Below are positions 11,890 to 25,881 of a DNA stretch of 64,000 nt, in pieces. Positions within the stretch are counted from its first letter, which is position 1. Each line of letters opens with the position of its first letter. A program made the translations under genes and the position numbers. The stretch covers positions 68,264,001 through 68,328,000 of the forward strand of contig CM059432.1 of assembly GCA_030390025.1 (NCBI GenBank). The letters are read 5' to 3'. This DNA comes from Squalus acanthias (lineage: Eukaryota). The notes below the pieces were generated by a model. That model saw only the letters and a program-made list of their open reading frames with translations, searched no databases and was not told the DNA's origin.

Positions 11890-12960
11890 ATTAGAAGGGC
11901 TAAAAGGAAATATAAAATAGTAAGAGCTTCTATAACTTTATAACAAGTTAAAGAATAGCTAAAATAGAGGGTAAATCCACTCAGGGATGAAGGAGGGTGT
12001 CTAACTGTGGCGGATAATGGTATGGGTGAGATATTAAATAAACATTTTGCATTGTTCTTTACAAATGATGGTGGAAGTATGAATGTAGATGTACTAGAGG
12101 AGGATAAGCAACAACTGCTAGATATAGCGATAGAAAAAGAATTGCTTCGGAAAAAAAAGAGCGGAACTCAAAGTGGATAAATCACTGGGTCCTGATGATA
12201 TGCACTCTAGGCTCTTAAAAGAAGTCAGAAAGGAGATGGCAGAAGCTCTAGCCACAATTTTTCAATCCTCCTTGAATGTGTAAATAGTACCATGAGACTG
12301 GAGAGTAACCTATATAACATCCTTGTTCAAGAAGGGATAGACTGAATAATGATAGGCCACTTAGTCTAACATTAGTTTTCGGCAATCTCTTAGAATCCAT
12401 CATTTGAAATAAAATTAGTGAGAATTTAGAAGTGCATAGATTAATCAAGGACCGCTAGCACAGATTTGTTAAAGACAAGTCATTTTTGACAAATTGAATA
12501 GAGTTTTTTGAATAGTTTAGATAGATAAAGGAAATGCAAAAGATGTAGGTTTTCAAATTCTGCAGGGATTCTCGGGGTCACTCAGCATAATTCTGGCAGG
12601 AGACTGGCGGAACCCCAAGGAAGCAGCGGAGACCCAGTTTAACCTGGGTTATGTTGTGTCGCCGGTGCTTCCTTTTTGGGTTCCTCTGGAATTATGGTGG
12701 GAGATGGGGAACCCCTCAAAATTCCAGGGCCATAGTGTATACGGATTTTCTGAAGAAGTTTGATAAGATGTCTAACAAGAGGGTTGTCAGAAAAATTAGG
12801 CATGTTGTATAAGAGGAAATATAACAGCATAGGTAGAAAATTGGTTGATGGACAGGAAACAGAATTAATGTGAATGTATCTGCTTTGGATTGCAGAAGGG
12901 TGTGGTGTGGATGTGGTGAATACCAGTGCTCAATACAGGGTCTACTTTTATTCTCAGTAT
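11890..12960 (+). mobile_element. Old CR1 ORF2 fragment; contains a ~200 bp foreign insert at ~12549-12731 and resumes at 15620-15925
   Basis: Degenerate similarity to CR1 copies at 4200-4800 and 40000-41200. Confidence 0.75.
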
Positions 12961-15620
12961 TTTTTTTATTCATTCCAGGGATGTGGGCATCGCTGGCAAA
13001 GCCAGCATTTATTGCCCATCCCTAATTTCCCTTGAGAAGGTGGTGGTGAGCTGCCATCTTGAACCGCTGCAGTCCGTGTGGTGAAGGTACTCCCACAGTG
13101 CTGTTAAGGAGGGAGTTCCAGGATTTTGACCCAGCGACGATGAAGGAACGACGATATATTTCCAAGTCAGGATGGTGTGTAACTTGGAGGGGAGCTGGCA
13201 GGTGATGGTGTTCCCATGTGCCTGCTGCCCTTGTCCTTCTAGGTGGTAGAGGTCGCGGGTTTGGGAGGTGCTGCTGAAGAAGCCTTGCGGAGATGCTGCA
13301 GTGCATCTTGTAGATGGTACACACTGCAGCCACGGTGACGCAGGGACTTAGGGGGAAAAATTTGGTTGCTTTGCGCCTCCCGTTAGCGCCCTAAGAGGCA
13401 GCTAACGGGGCGCAAAGCAACTAGCGCCTGGGCGCGGCGCCGCCAACGCCTCCCGTGAAATTCAGCGCGCAGTTAGCAGCGGCGCTAACTGTTAGCAGCC
13501 CGCGGTGCTGCGTCGCCGGCAATGACGACATCGCCGTGCGCAGGGCTGCGCTCGCACCCCGTCCGCGATCTTCAGTAGTGCCTCCTGACTTACCGCCGGA
13601 CGCTATGTCCGACGGGGTCAGGGGGGCCTACCTGTGGCTGGGGCGGCGCTATTTAAAGGCGAGGTGCTGGGCGGCCATTTTTGTTGCTGGCCGCCTGCCA
13701 GCACCTGCCTCCGCTCCTGTCTCCGGCCTCCTGACCCACCCCATCACGGAGTGCCGGCTGCGCTCCATGAGCCCGGCACTTCTCTTGAGTGCCGGGCTCT
13801 TTTGCCGGTACTCCGTTCCCCAGTGGCACAGCTGGGCCCCAGGTCGCGCTGCGCAAGGCCCCTCCCCTTTAAGAAGGGGAGGAAGGCCTGCAATACCGTG
13901 ATACATAGCGCCGCGATATTCCCTCGCAGCGCCCCAAGAGGGAGGCAGGGCGCTTCCAGTAGCGCCCCTGCTTCCCTCTTGGGACGCTACCACTCAATTT
14001 CGGCCATGGGGGCATTAATTTTTCCAGGGTGCTAAAAGTAGCGTCCTGGCGAAGTTAGTGCCCCTAAGGGGGCGCAGCTCAATTTCTCATCCTGAATATT
14101 TAAGGTGGTGGATGGGGTGCCAATCCAGCGGGCTGCTTTGTCCTGGATGGTGTCGAGCTTCTTGAGTGTTGTTGCAGCTGCACTCGTCCAGGCAAGTGGA
14201 GAGTATTCCATCACACTCCTGACTTGTGCCTTATAGATGGTGGAAAGGCTTTGGGGAGTCAGGAGGTGAGACACTCGCTGCAGAATGCCTAGCCTCTGAC
14301 CTGCTCTTGTAGCCACAGTATTTATGTGGCTGGTCCAGTTAACTTTCTGGTCAATGGTGCTGTCCAGGATGTTGATGGTGGGGGATTCAGCGATGGTAAT
14401 GCCGTTGAATGTCAAGGGACGGTGGTTAGACTCTCGCTTGTTGGAGGTAGTAATTGCCTGGCATTTGTGGCGTGAATGTTACTTGCCACTGATCAGCCCA
14501 AGCCTGAATGTCATCCCGGTCTTGCTGCATTTGGACATGGACTGCTTCATTATCTGAGGAGTTGCGAATGGCGCTGAACACTGTGCAATTATCAGTGAAC
14601 CACCTCACTTCTGACCTTATGATGGAGGGAAGGTCATTGATGAAGCAGCTGAAGATGGTTGGGCCTAGGACACTGCCCTGAGGAACTCCTGGCTGAGGAC
14701 ACTGCCCTGAGCAACTCCTGCAGTGATGTCCTGGGGCTGAGATGATTGACCTCCAACAGCTACAACCATCTTCCTTTGTGAAGAAGAGGTATGACTGCAG
14801 CCAGTGGAGAGTTTTCCCCTCGATTCCCATTGACTTCAGTTTGACTAGGGTTCCTTGATGCCACACTTGGTCAAATGCTGCCTTGATGTCAAGGGCAGTC
14901 ACTCTCATCTCACCTCTGGAATTCAGCTCTTTTGTCCATGTTTGGACCAAGACTATAATGAGGTCTGGAGCCGAGTGGTCCTGGTGGAACCCAAACTGAG
15001 CATCGGTGAGCAGGTTATTGATGAGTAAGTGCTGCTTGATACCACTGTCGATGACACCTTCCATCACTTTGCTGATGATTGAGAGTAGACTGATGGGGTA
15101 GTAATTGGCTAGATTGGATTTGTCCTGCGTTTTGTGGACAGGACATACCTGGGCAGTTTTCCACATTGTCAGGTAGATGCCAGTGTTGTAGCTATACTAG
15201 AACAGCTTGGCTAGAGGTGCAGCTAATTCTGGAGCACAAATCTTCAGCACGACAGCTGGGATGTTGTCAGGGCCCATAGCCTTTGCTGAATCCAGTGTGC
15301 TCAGCTGTTTCTTGATATCACATGGAGTGAATTGAATTGGCTGAAGACTGGCTTCTGTGATGGTGGAGGAGGCTGATATGGATCATCCACTCGGCACTTC
15401 TGGTTGAAGATGGTTGCAAATGCTTCAGCCTTGTCTTTTGCACTCGCGTGCTGGGCTCCGTCATCATTGGTGATGGGGGTATTCATGGAGCCTCCTCCTC
15501 CTGTTAGTTGTTTAATTGTCCACCAGCATTCACAACTAGATGTGGCAGGACTGCAGAGCTTTGATCAGATCCGTTGATTGTAGGATCGCTTAGCTCTGTC
15601 TATAGCATGCTGCTTCCGCT
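12961..15620 (-). mobile_element. L2/CR1-group (Daphne/Crack-like) LINE, 5'-truncated, split by a MITE
   Basis: RT motifs ALDIKAAFD, GVPQGSVLGP and IYKAQVRSVMEY; A-rich tail at 12961; same family at 44740-45812. Confidence 0.85.
13351..14092 (+). mobile_element. Harbinger-type MITE (subfamily 1)
   Basis: Collinear with 10424-11197; 3-bp flanks TTA/TGA. Confidence 0.85.
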
Positions 15621-15927
15621 ATATATATAGATGATCTGGACTATGATATACAGAACATCAATTTGCTCATGATGCAAAAATAAGGGGTTTCGTAAATAGT
15701 GAGGAGGCCTGTCAAAGAATTCAGGAAAATATTGATAGGTTAGACAAAAGGGCAGACAGGTGGCAGATACAATTAAATGTGGATAAGTGTGAGGTAATAC
15801 ATTTTGGGTAGAAAAAGCAAAGAATGGATGTATACACTCAATGGAAAGATGTTGAACCATATGAATGAAAAAGGGAGACCTCGGGGTTCAAATATGTAAT
15901 TCCCTGAAAGTTCCAGCAAAGAGCCAG

Positions 15928-16380
15928 CAACAACAACAACAATTTGTATTTATGTAGCGCCTTTAATGTAGTAAACCGTCCCAAGGCGCTTCACAGGAGC
16001 GTTATCAAATACATTTTGACACCAAGCCAAATAAGGAGACAGTAGGGCAGATGACCAAAAGCATGGTCAAAGAGGTAGGTTATAAAGAGTGTCTTAATGG
16101 AGGAGAGAGAGGTAGAGAGGCTCACTGAGGGAATTCCAGAGCCTTGAGCCCAGGCAGCTAAAGGCACGGCTGCCAATGGTGGAGCGATGAAAATCAGTGA
16201 TGCGCAAGAGCCAGAATTGGAGCAGAGTTTTAGATGAGTTCAAGTTTTTGGAGGATGCAAGATGTGAGGCCGGTCAGGAGAGCATTGCAATAGTTGAGTC
16301 CAGAGGTAACAAAGGCATGGATGGGGGTTTTATCAGCAGATGAGATAAGGCAGGGGCTGAGACAGGCGATGTTATGGAGA
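15928..16380 (-). mobile_element. L2 LINE 3' fragment
   Basis: (CAA)n tail; homologous to L2 3' ends at 28712 and 52400-52606. Confidence 0.8.
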
Positions 16381-16529
16381 CATTTCACAGACATAATGAG
16401 ATGAATGGCCTCCTACTGCACTGTAAACTTCTATGGTTCAATGGAACACAAACTCCAATTAAAAAGATACATATGGCAAAACCTAAAAACAATGGAATTT
16501 TTTCAAATGCATTTGCGTGAACAGAGCAT

Positions 16530-17075
16530 TATGAAACATTTTGGACTTCACCCAAAATGGGCACCTAGTCAGCAGAGCAGCAGCTGCTCACCCTTTGGAG
16601 CCAGCATGAGGCCCGAGCCATTTTGAGGCCCAGGCTTTATTAACGTGCCAGGCACCCTGCTGCAGCTTCCGAGTTGTGTGAAGGTAGGATATTGGCCAGT
16701 TTCCGTGCAGAGCCGTATAGCAGGTCAGGGAGGAACAGATGGGCCGGCAACATCCTGGATTCCTGCTCGTCCTGGGCCCACCAAAAAAAATTAAAAGTTT
16801 CCTGGTTGTCTTGTGTGCGGCCTCCAGTGGTCCCTTAAAGAACAAATGATGGAGTATGCACAGTGCACACTCCACCTGTTAGTACCTGAAAATTGCAATT
16901 GGGGTAGGATCCCGATTTACATATTTAAGCAGCCTTCTGCCTGTTTAAGGCAAGCAGAATGCTCGCCCATTGATAGGCTCACCTGAAAATTGCATCATTC
17001 GGGCCTTGGCTATCAATGGGGCGCCAAGGTCCCCCCCCCACCACCACACCCCACACCTCGGCAGTTGAATACCAC
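16530..17075. mobile_element. Degenerate MITE-like element
   Basis: Shares internal motifs (ctcgtcctgggcccac...cccttaaagaac) with 38997-39695. Confidence 0.4.
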
Positions 17076-17298
17076 CACCAATAGTACTGATACTTTTTTT
17101 TAGAAATTTATCTAGTGGGTTGACCTGTCTAATTGAATTTATTATTGTATTTGAAATTACCCCCTGGTGCAGAAATAGTGGGCAAAATGCAAATAATACA
17201 AAGAGAGAACTGAAACTTTGGATTGCTTAGTGATGTCTGTTTCTGAAAGAAATGTAACTGAAATATTTAAAATTCTTTCAGGGTTAATAATACTTCAA

Positions 17299-18191
17299 GG
17301 GGGAAAAATTCAGTTGATTGCGCCTCCCGTTAGCGCCTTATGAGGGCTCTAATGGGGCGCAAAGCAACTAGTGCCCGGGCGCGGCGATGTTTGCGCCGCT
17401 CGTGAAATTAACTAGACATTTTGCGGCGGCGCTAAACACTACCGCCACGATCTCCTGCGCCGGCAGATTGTGACGTCAGTCGAGTGCGCAACGCCCCGGT
17501 AGCGCCCCGGAGCGGCTATTGAGTGGTGCCCCCTGCCTTACCGCCTGCCGCTAGCAATGACAGGTTGAGGGGAGCGTTTTGCAGTCAGGAAGGGACTGGG
17601 GGAGCACTATTTAAAGGCGACCGCTTCCTGCCTTTTATTGTTGGTGCCATTTTTGAACCACGCATTCTGAGAGAGAGAGAGAGAGACTTCTGGAGAGATT
17701 CAACACTGTGTGAAGGAGTTTTGGGTACTGAGCAGCACTTTGCAGGTTCATTTTGATTTGCTCTTCCTTGTATCGATTTAGAAGAGACTGTGGGGGCTGC
17801 ACTCTGAGCTCTTTCCCTGGTTCTCTCCATTGTTCTTTCCTGCAGATTTGATGTAGAGGTCTCTCCAGACCGAGATTCAAGGCTGCAATGAGCAGGATGT
17901 GGATGGAGAGCAAGATCAACCCTCCCCTTTAAGAACTGGCCGGCGCCATTGTGTCTGTGTTCCATTGCTGACTGACATCACATGAGCTTCGCCAGCGCTC
18001 TGAGTTAGCGCCTCGCTCCTCAGCCTTTGCACCTTAAGACAGATGTGTAGTGCCTGATTTAGCGCTCCAATCACCTCCAGGGGCGATAATAGTCAAGTTT
18101 GCAGTCGGAGGCGATAATTAGCGCCAGGCGCTAATCTTTGCGCCCGGCCGATAATTGCGCCCCAAATGGGGCGATACTGAATTTCTCCCCC
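17299..18191 (+). mobile_element. Harbinger-type MITE (subfamily 2), complete
   Basis: TIR GGGGGA(A/G)AAATTCAGT; TSD CAA (17296-17298 / 18192-18194); inverted copy at 60951-61696. Confidence 0.92.
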
Positions 18192-19424
18192 CAAGTTTCA
18201 TCTCAGTCTCTTTGGTCTCCCCTGGCCACTCATTACCTGCAGCTCAGGAGCTAGGCCTGCTGCCAGGAATCGACCTCCTACGCTTCTTAGAGCCTAATGT
18301 CAAACTCTAATAAAAATCAAACAATTAAAATAAAAATTTGGGTAGAAGTATTTATGATTCACTTTTTAACAGATCACATTTCAAAACCATTTCTCATTAG
18401 TTACTGCAGTGTTTGCTAAACCATTCTGATAATTAAATCTTTAAAATCTATTTCTGGTGCGAACTTCACCTCTTTACCTACTGTGCATATATTACAATAT
18501 TCTCATGAGGATCCAACAGAAAGACACTATTTAATGAAAGGAAACAAATGCAGAAAATTCTTGAAATACACAACAGACTTCCGGCAGGGCAAGTCTTATG
18601 CCGAACCCTTTGAAGCCAGCTCAACTCTGACCCATTTCCCAGGGCCAACTATTATTATGATGCATGGCAGGCTCCTGGTGAGATTCCCACTGCCAAGAAG
18701 GAAATACGAGTGCCTGGTTTTAAAATCCCAGTGGTCTGCTGGATTTGCACTTTTCCTAAATGGCCAACCCCTTACTCTGAGACTGTGACCCCTAGTTCTA
18801 GAGTCTCCAGCCGGGGAAACCTCCTCCCAGCATCTACCCTTGTCAAGCCCCTTAAGAATTTTATACGTTTCAATGAGATCACCTCTCATTCTTCTAAACT
18901 CCATGGAATATAGGCCTAGTCTACTCAATCTCTCTCCATAGGACAATCCCCTCATCCCAGGAATCAGTCTGGTGAACCTTCGTTGCACTCCCTCAAAGGC
19001 AAGTATATCCTTCCTTACGTAAGGCACCAAAACTGTACACAATACTCCAGGTGTGGTTTCACCAAGGCCCTTTATAATTGCAGTAAGACTGCTTGGCCTA
19101 GAAATTTGTTAACCCCTGAAAATGGGTGCAGGGATCACGATGCAAGTGGAACCCACGCCCGTCCGGAGGACTGCAGGAAGCATGTAAAATTCATGCTGCC
19201 TGCTACTTTGCATGATTGCAGCATTCAGCCAAGTGCTGAACATGGTGCTGAGTGGCTAAACGCTCAGCAGGGGGCCCAAGTTCGTGTGAGGCTAGATCCA
19301 ATTAAAGCTAGCCTGCACAACTTAAAGGCAGACTGCACCTCTTAAAGGGGAGGTGCCTTCTGCCTGCAACAGGTGATGGAAGTGATTGTGAAGGCTACTA
19401 TCAGAAACATAACATTGCAGGAAA

Positions 19425-20807
19425 ATGTGGCGCATACCACAGGCAGCAGAGCTTAACCAGCGGGTGACAGGCTCGCCTGCATCAACTCACCCCTTGGAGG
19501 AGATGGTACTGGCCATTCTTGGCAGGGGCATGACTGAGCCCGTGGCCAATGGCGGGACTGAAGGAATTCAAGAAGCCGGTATCCTCATACCTAATCCTTC
19601 TTCTCACATCCCACTTCCCCCTCATCCCACAATCTTTTCTGATTTACAATCTGCACATGGTGTAAGCATGCAGCTATTGCTTTTCCCTCCTCCCCTCATC
19701 ACAACCCTACCCTTTTGCCTTTCTCATTTCAGACACCCAAGAATTGCAGCCTGCCCAGCCAGTGGTCGAAGAACAATAGGGAGAGGAGAGACCAGAAGAA
19801 GAAGAAGAAACACCATCACTCAATTTCACACACCCAGCCACGAGCCACTGACACCCCGGGTAATTTAGAGGATAGGTTAGACGCGGGATCTGCATGTGGT
19901 GAGACGCCGGGCACGAGTGGCCTGCAGTCAGGGCAAGGGGCTAGGGTAGCTCAGGTGACAATTCCCCCGAGGGCGAGGTTGCACAAGAGTTCTGCTGCAC
20001 AGGATTCAGATGAAGACTTTGATGGGACGGCCTACAGAAGAACGCTGATGGGTATGCACAATGAAATGCTTGGTACATTGGCAGGCCTGCCAGAAAGCCT
20101 GAATGCAATGTCAAGGAGCATGGAGGAGTCCAGCTCCAGCCTTGCACAGGGCTTTGGGCAGAGCTTGGAGCCCATCCTTTCCAGCGAGAAGGGCTGGGCA
20201 GATCCATTAAAACACTTGTGGACACAACCACCATGCCGCATCTGATGGCCAATGTCTCAGCTTTCATTACAGCACAAGCAGAAGCCACCCAACGTTTGAG
20301 TGCTGCAATGGAAGCTCAGACTGAATTCATGCAAGCTCAGCTTGCTACCATGCAAACTCAGGCTGCTGCCATCATGGCTGGGTTTACCAGTGTGGAAAGG
20401 GGCTTGCAGGGTGTCACAGCAATCCAGCAATCTATCCTTCAATAGATTACTAGGATTGCTGAGGCACTGCCCCTGGGGAGTGGTAATGGATCCATGGAGG
20501 CTGACCCCGCTGTAATCTCTCTGGATGACTGCATTCGTCCTCTCGCCAGCGCCCTTGCTGTTGCCTGTCAGTCAGGAAGCCCAGACTGCTGCTGCCCATG
20601 CTGAGGTGGTGCAGTCCGAAGCCGGGACTATTAGACCCAGAGCTCCTCGAGGTCATCCTGCAAGGCCGTCTGCAGTGTCCCCCCACTGAAAGTCAGCAGC
20701 CTTCCACCAGCCATGCTGCAGCTACTGGGGTAGCACTGTGTAGGAGCACTAGGATAGGCAAAAGCACACGCAAGACACTTACTAAGGGAATGCACAAGAG
20801 TGATTAG
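19425..20807 (+). pseudogene. Harbinger Myb/SANT-like accessory gene remnant (SANT exon apparently deleted)
   Basis: PLEEMVLAILG exon; GT-AG intron ~19578-19731; homologous to 31460-33198. Confidence 0.65.
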
Positions 20808-20977
20808 TTAAATTTTTGATGTAATATTGGATGGGTATATGGATAAAGTCTGACTGGAAAGTTTGCATTGTGATGGTTTTTATTGTGGCATTGTGGCTAA
20901 GATGACGCTGTGATAGTCAGTGACAGAGGGAAGGTAAGGTGTGGGACTATTGTTGAATGGGAAAAAGGGTTTGCTTT

Positions 20978-22131
20978 TCAATCGTACTGCAGGCGGATGA
21001 TTCAATCCCGGATATATCGGCCAGAAAGGGGCTGTCTGGGTTACCTCCATCCCTACGCTTCCTCCTACTCCTCTTCTACTTCCTCCTCTTCTGCCTCCTC
21101 CTCCTCTTCCTCTTCCTCATTCTCTTCAACCTGCTCCTGAGCTGGTCGCGTATCCCTGGTGGCAAGGCCTGTGCTCTCATGATGGCCAGATTGTGGAGGA
21201 TACAGCAGACCATGATGAATCGGGACACACTCTCCGATGAGTATTGTAGGCCTCCTCCAGAGCGGTCTAGGCAGTGGAATCATTGTTTAAGGATGCCAAT
21301 GGTCTGCTCTATGATGTTTTGTGTGGCAGCATGGTTCTCATTGTACGCATGCTGCCCATGTGTGGTTGGGATGCAGAGCGGAGTCATGAGCCAGGTGGTC
21401 AAGGGATAGCCCTTGTCGCCCAGTAGCCACCCTTTGGTTTGTCTTGGTCAAAGTCTGACAGAGCAGCGGACTGGCACAGAATAAAAGCATCATGACTGCT
21501 GCTAGGATACTGGGCATTCACCATCATTATATGCTGAGCATGGTCGCAGATTCAGCGAGTGGTAACCTTTGCAGTTGCGGTACATCTCAGCATTTATACA
21601 CTGTGCCCGCAAAGCCATGTGCGTACAGTCAATGGTGCCCTGCACCATGGGGAAGTCCGCTATCCTGGCAAATCCATGTGCACGCTCCATCTGCTTCTCT
21701 GTGGTCAGAGAGAAGACAGTGAAGTCCCCTTTCCTTGCATAAAGAGCTTCTGTCACCTCTGTTTTGCGGAAGTGAACAGCGAAATGCGAGGTGTTACTGA
21801 TTTTGCTTGCTCCAGCCTGGAAGGATCCCGACGCTAAGAAATTCAGGGCCACGGTCACCTTCACAGCCACTGGCAGCACTGGTCACATGAGGTGGCAGAG
21901 TTCTGTGAGCACCTCCTTCATAAATTGCAGACGCCTCAGACACTGCTCCTGGTTCAGGTTGAGTTAAGAGAATTGCTCTCGGATGACACTAAGTGGCTAA
22001 GGCCTTGTGCTGAGAGCCCTTCTCCCCCTCTTCCTCCTCCCTCTGCGAGCAGCTTATCCTCTTCTTTGCTGCCTCTGCTTCATCTCCCTGTCATGCTGCA
22101 GACCAAGGGGGATGACAACTAGAGCACGCAT
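20978..22131 (-). pseudogene. Harbinger DDE transposase, frameshifted
   Basis: VKVTVALNFLASGSFQ, GTIDCTH and WLLGDKGYPL motifs; acidic tail. Confidence 0.88.
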
Positions 22132-23348
22132 GACTGGGAGAAAATGGTCTGAACAGAACCCTTGAAGTCAGAAGCAAGGCCTTCTCTGCTTGCAGCACCA
22201 GTCCCTGTCACCTCACTAACTTTAAACAACTCCAGAAACCTCCAAACAGTTCCACAAACTTACACAGAGTCAGTAGAAATCAAAAAGTAAGTTACCTGAA
22301 AGTTGTTGATGATCCCTTTAAATATTGCTGGTGGGGGGTCCTTCCTGCTGCTAAATGCATGTTCGGCTGTGCAAGTTTAGGAGAGGGCGTTAGCTCCAGC
22401 ACTGATTGACGTTACGATCTGTCTACTTATCATACTTCTAATGTATGCTTCTAATGACTGCCTTACCGCCCTCACCATGCTGGCATCCGGCGTGGCCCAC
22501 ACTAGAAGTTTGCGTGCGCTGCTCGGAAGCCATTTTGGTCCCAATTCGGCACCCGTAGCGCCCAAACAATGGGTGCTACAGAACCGAATTTCTAGGCCCT
22601 TTACTCCTATACTTCAATTTCTTTGTAATAAAGGATAACACACCATTTGCTTTCTGAATTGCTTGCTGTACCTGCATGTTAAGTTTCTGTGATTTGTGTA
22701 CAAGGACACCCAGGTCCCTCTGAATACCAACATTTCCCAATCTCTCACCTTTTAAAAAATATTCTGCTTTTCTATTTTTCCTACCAAAGCGGATAACTTC
22801 ACATTTCTCCACATTATATTCCATCTGCCACATTCTTGCCTATTCACTTAACCTGTCTATAATCCCTTTGCAGCCTCTTTGCATCCTTCTAACAGCTTAC
22901 TTTCCCACCTAGCTTTGTATCATCAGCAAACTTAGATACATTTCACTCGGTCCCCTTATCTAAGTCATTGATATAGATTGTAAATAGCTCAGGCCCAAGC
23001 ACTGATCCTTGTAGTAGCCCACTAGTTACAGCCTGCCAACCCAAAAATGACCTGTTTATTCCTACTCTCTGTTTTCTGTCTGTTAACTAATCCTCAATTC
23101 ATGCCAATATATTACCCCAATCCCTTGAGCCCTAATTTTGTATAATAACCTGTTGTGTGGCACCTTATCAAATGCTTTTTGAAAATCCAAATACACTACA
23201 TCCACTGGGTCCCCCTTATCTACCCTGCTAGTTACAACCTCAAAAACTCTAGCAGATTTGTCAAAATGTGATTTCCCTTTCATAAATCTCTATTAACTGT
23301 GCCCAATCATATTATGATTTTCTAAGTGCCCGATTACCACGTCCCTAA

Positions 23349-24773
23349 TGTAAAATTCGCAATTATTGCGATTCGAAATAACGAGATAAAGCAGATTCGT
23401 TTCATCAGTTTTATTTCAACGAAATGCTGTCATGATTAAACAGGACACAGAAGCCTGTAAAATGGCCGCCGCGCCTCGTGGCAGAAGCTTCCAGAATTTT
23501 CAGTGGGCAGACAAGATGGCGTTCGAATAAACATTTCAGTATAAGATTGGTTAATATGCCGCAAACACTGATAAAGACAGGATGCAACCTGTCTGCATTC
23601 GACACAATAGCAAAGATATAAGTGCTGGAATCATTTTCCATGCACAAGTAAGGACCATTGTAATGGGCAATCGAAGGCCCATCCAGATACATCAATACGC
23701 AAATTCCCCACGGCTCTACAATGAGAGAGCCATTCTCGGGTGCTTACACAAGTATTCGGAGGCCCCCAAAACCCCGCCAGGGAGGCTCCTAGCCGGTTCG
23801 ACAATGGGAAAAACATTAACGGGTAGTTGGCCAGTTTAAGGTGCTACCGAAACCCATTAAAGGAAAGAATCACCCCATACTGGGAATTTTGAGCGCCAAG
23901 ATTTTACAAAGGATGAACATTAAGATTTGGGCAGGAGATAAGAAAACACAGCACTATAACTATAGTGAACAAATGTCCATCGGTCTCTTATCTCGCTGCT
24001 GGCTGCTGAACTCTCTTATTCCTCTGATCCTCCCGGGGCTGATTCGTTTGAACTGACTCTGGACACGGGCTGAACTTTTATTGTCCTATGTTGGGTGGAG
24101 CTCGAACGGAACGAGCCGCCTCGACGAAGGCCAGTGACCGGGTGCACCATCCCGAGAGTCGGTAAACGGTGTCTGGACCCGAAGGCCCGAAGAGACGAGA
24201 CGAGACGAGACGAGAAGAAGAGGAGAAGAATCCATGTACCGCCACGGTCAGTAAACCCCGACCGCGCCCGAAAATATAAGAAAGAACTGCAGCGAAACGA
24301 GCCGAGTGCCTCGTTTAAAATTCTCCGAAGTATCACGAGTGGTGAGCATGTTTCCTCGATCCTACAAATCTAGATTAGTGTAGGTATTGATAGGGGAGGG
24401 TGGTTTTATTAAGGAGAAATATAATGTGTTCCCCTTTTTACGATGTGCCGTGCGTTCCTCATTACCCTAGACCAAGTTTTATGAATGTATGTATACTTGT
24501 ACTGTCATTAATTTGTGCCTATGACATGTACTTCATGATTTTGGACGTTATGCAATAAAGATTTCCATTTCGTACTATTCAACCGGGTCTATTTGAGTTT
24601 TCTCTGCATTACTGCTCTCGCACCTAAGTCCAGTGTTAGAACCGTAAGGGCGAGTGGGTCGAACCACTCACAGGTGCTTATTGCAACAAGGCTGGCCGGA
24701 GACCAGAGCAAGCAATAGTATTAGGCAACGAAGGCCTAACCCCGCACAAGCACCTACGACCGAACCCCTTACA
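23349..24773 (+). mobile_element. Long solo LTR (1425 bp)
   Basis: TGTAA...TTACA termini; 4-bp flanks CTAA/TTAA within CR1; TATA-like motif ~24273; AATAAA ~24554. Confidence 0.8.
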
Positions 24774-25881
24774 TTAATAATAGATTCTAGCATTTTCCTT
24801 ATTACTGATGTCAGGCGAACTGGCCAATAATTCCCTGTTTTCCCTCTCCTTCCTTTCTTGAATAACGGGGTTATGTGTTCTACCTTCCAATCCATGGGGA
24901 CCATTCTAAAATCTAGGGAATTCTGGAAGATCAAAACCAATGCATCCACTGTCTCTGTAGCTGTTCTGCTTCTCTCAGTATATGTGAAAATTAAAATCTC
25001 CCATTATAACTGTATTTTTTTTTCCAAATTCCTGATCTCTATAGTTATACATTCCCCATTACATCACTACTATCAGGAGGTCCGCAGAGATCTTCTACCA
25101 GAGTCTTGCATCCTTTGCTATTCTTTAACTCTAAGCATACTGTTTCCACAGCCCAATCATGCTTACAACAACAACAACCCTTACAGAAATCTTTTCTGAT
25201 AATGCTGTAATTGTGTATTTTATCAATATTGTTACCTCTCCTCCTTTCCCAATTTCCATGTCCTTTCTAAAGATCTTATAGCCTGGAATATTTTGCTCCC
25301 AGTCATGCCCAGCTTGTAGCTACGTCTCTGCAATGGCCCACTCTGTCATCTGTCTGGTAACAAGGTTGAATTGTATAAATTGAGATCCCTTGGCAAAGAG
25401 GGTATTGGTGATTTGCCTGACAGAGGAGTGCGCAGCAAATTGGCTGAACTGGCAAAAGTCCCCTGTGGCTCCCTGAAATATGTCTGTGGCATAAAAATTG
25501 AGAGCTATGTTCTTTTTCTCTTCCAGTGTGCTGTGGCCCTTGGATGTAGATCTGGCTGTAGCAATGAACAGGGTTCATCTTGAGACAGGGCTCTTGGGAA
25601 AAATCTCAGAAAGTGAGTCTGGGTCTATACATCCTGTTGGATGGGCAGTACCAGGAAGGCTTGGCTCCCTTCTGGTGCTGCCTGATTAATCTGACTTACC
25701 TTACAGTCTCCGGCTGCTCCTCTTCCTTCAGCATATAGATCATATAACCTGGGATTCCCACTGGGAAGCCCATTATACAGTCCTCAGATAGTTGTTCAGT
25801 AATTGACTTGAAATAGAACACAAGGGTAATGCAGAATGTAGAGGAAGATTTCCTGAGTATGAGTGATATTTTTTTTGTAAT

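Larger units (their letters stand above)
19095..22598. mobile_element. PIF/Harbinger DNA transposon, two-gene type, decayed
   Basis: Perfect 12-bp TIR GGCCTAGAAATT; TSD CTT (19092-19094 / 22599-22601); convergent Myb-like and transposase remnants. Confidence 0.92.
18755..24965 (-). mobile_element. CR1 LINE split into 18755-19094, 22599-23348 and 24774-24965 by a Harbinger and a solo LTR
   Basis: EGVQRRFTRLIPG, YLDFQKAFDKVPH and PLFKKG motifs; the pieces rejoin across the TSDs. Confidence 0.9.
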
